NCBI GenBank assembly: GCA_043228905.1
Contig: JBHGNT010000014.1
Location: forward strand, 10,230,001-10,294,000
Direction of reading: 5' to 3'
DNA length: 64,000 nucleotides
Source of the DNA: Azolla caroliniana
Lineage: Eukaryota; Plantae; Polypodiophyta
Of this stretch, positions 63,611 to 64,000 are shown piece after piece. Made by a program: the position numbers and the translations under genes. The notes below the pieces were generated by a model. The model saw nothing but the letters and a program-made list of their open reading frames with translations, was not told the origin of the DNA and searched no databases. The stretch's first letter is position 1, and every line of letters begins with the position of its first letter.

Positions 63611-64000
63611 TGCGAGTCGACGCGGACTCTGGAACGTGAGTCGAAGCGGATTTCGGATACCGTCTGAAACTGACCCGACTTGAGCTTGAGGGGGCGTGTT
63701 GAGAATCAAGCTCAACTTGGTCTACTGTGTGAACTCACCTTAAGAGTGAATAGACACTCCAACGGTCAAGAGTCACCATTATGTCACCTCTTTGTATTCT
63801 AGCATTTAGTATGAGTCATCGAATCATATTCTATGACACATAACTTATGAGCTTTCACATTCCCCATGCTCCATGAGTCTTGTAGTTAATGAAGAGAGAG
63901 GGTGACTATATAAAGCACCCTCCTCCCACCTTGTAGAGTGTTGAGTCTTTCTCCTTTGTTAATACACTTTTACCTTGCGTATTATCTGTGTATTATTCCT

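Larger units (their letters stand above)
56635..64000 (+). mobile_element. Ty1/copia family A-related copy A3: RT end, RNase H (split by G2), 3' UTR repeats, PPT, 3' LTR from 63697
   Basis: YLTITRPDLSYPV, GYTDADW, and NPVFHA|WTKHIAVHYHFIRE across the G2 insertion; PPT TTGAGGGGGCG followed by TGTTGAGAATC; TATA-like CTATATAAAG at ~63906. Confidence 0.9.

Overview
Land-plant nuclear DNA; the TE spectrum suggests a non-seed plant such as a fern (inference). Two host genes sit head-to-head: a 3-exon GT8 galacturonosyltransferase (GAUT8/QUA1-like, minus strand, 9584-14210, 540 aa) and an intronless U11/U12-31K/ZCRB1 gene (plus strand, 17164-17958). The rest is mostly transposon-derived: decayed L1 LINEs, a near full-length RTE-X-like LINE with (TC)n at both ends, two hAT-type MITEs with 8-bp TSDs, solo LTRs, and a ~30-kb LTR-retrotransposon nest (33.7-64 kb). 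The main finding is a non-chromovirus Ty3/gypsy lineage present as one old and two young copies. It has (i) an 18-nt tRNA-Trp PBS, (ii) a 4-bp TSD, with all three insertions at RCGT-type sites inside one Ty1/copia family, and (iii) a Gag-protease ORF joined to RT-RNaseH-IN by a candidate -1 frameshift cassette. That cassette is G_GAU_UUU, a stop codon, a 6-nt spacer and an H-type pseudoknot, and its pairing is kept by compensatory changes between the highly diverged copies.
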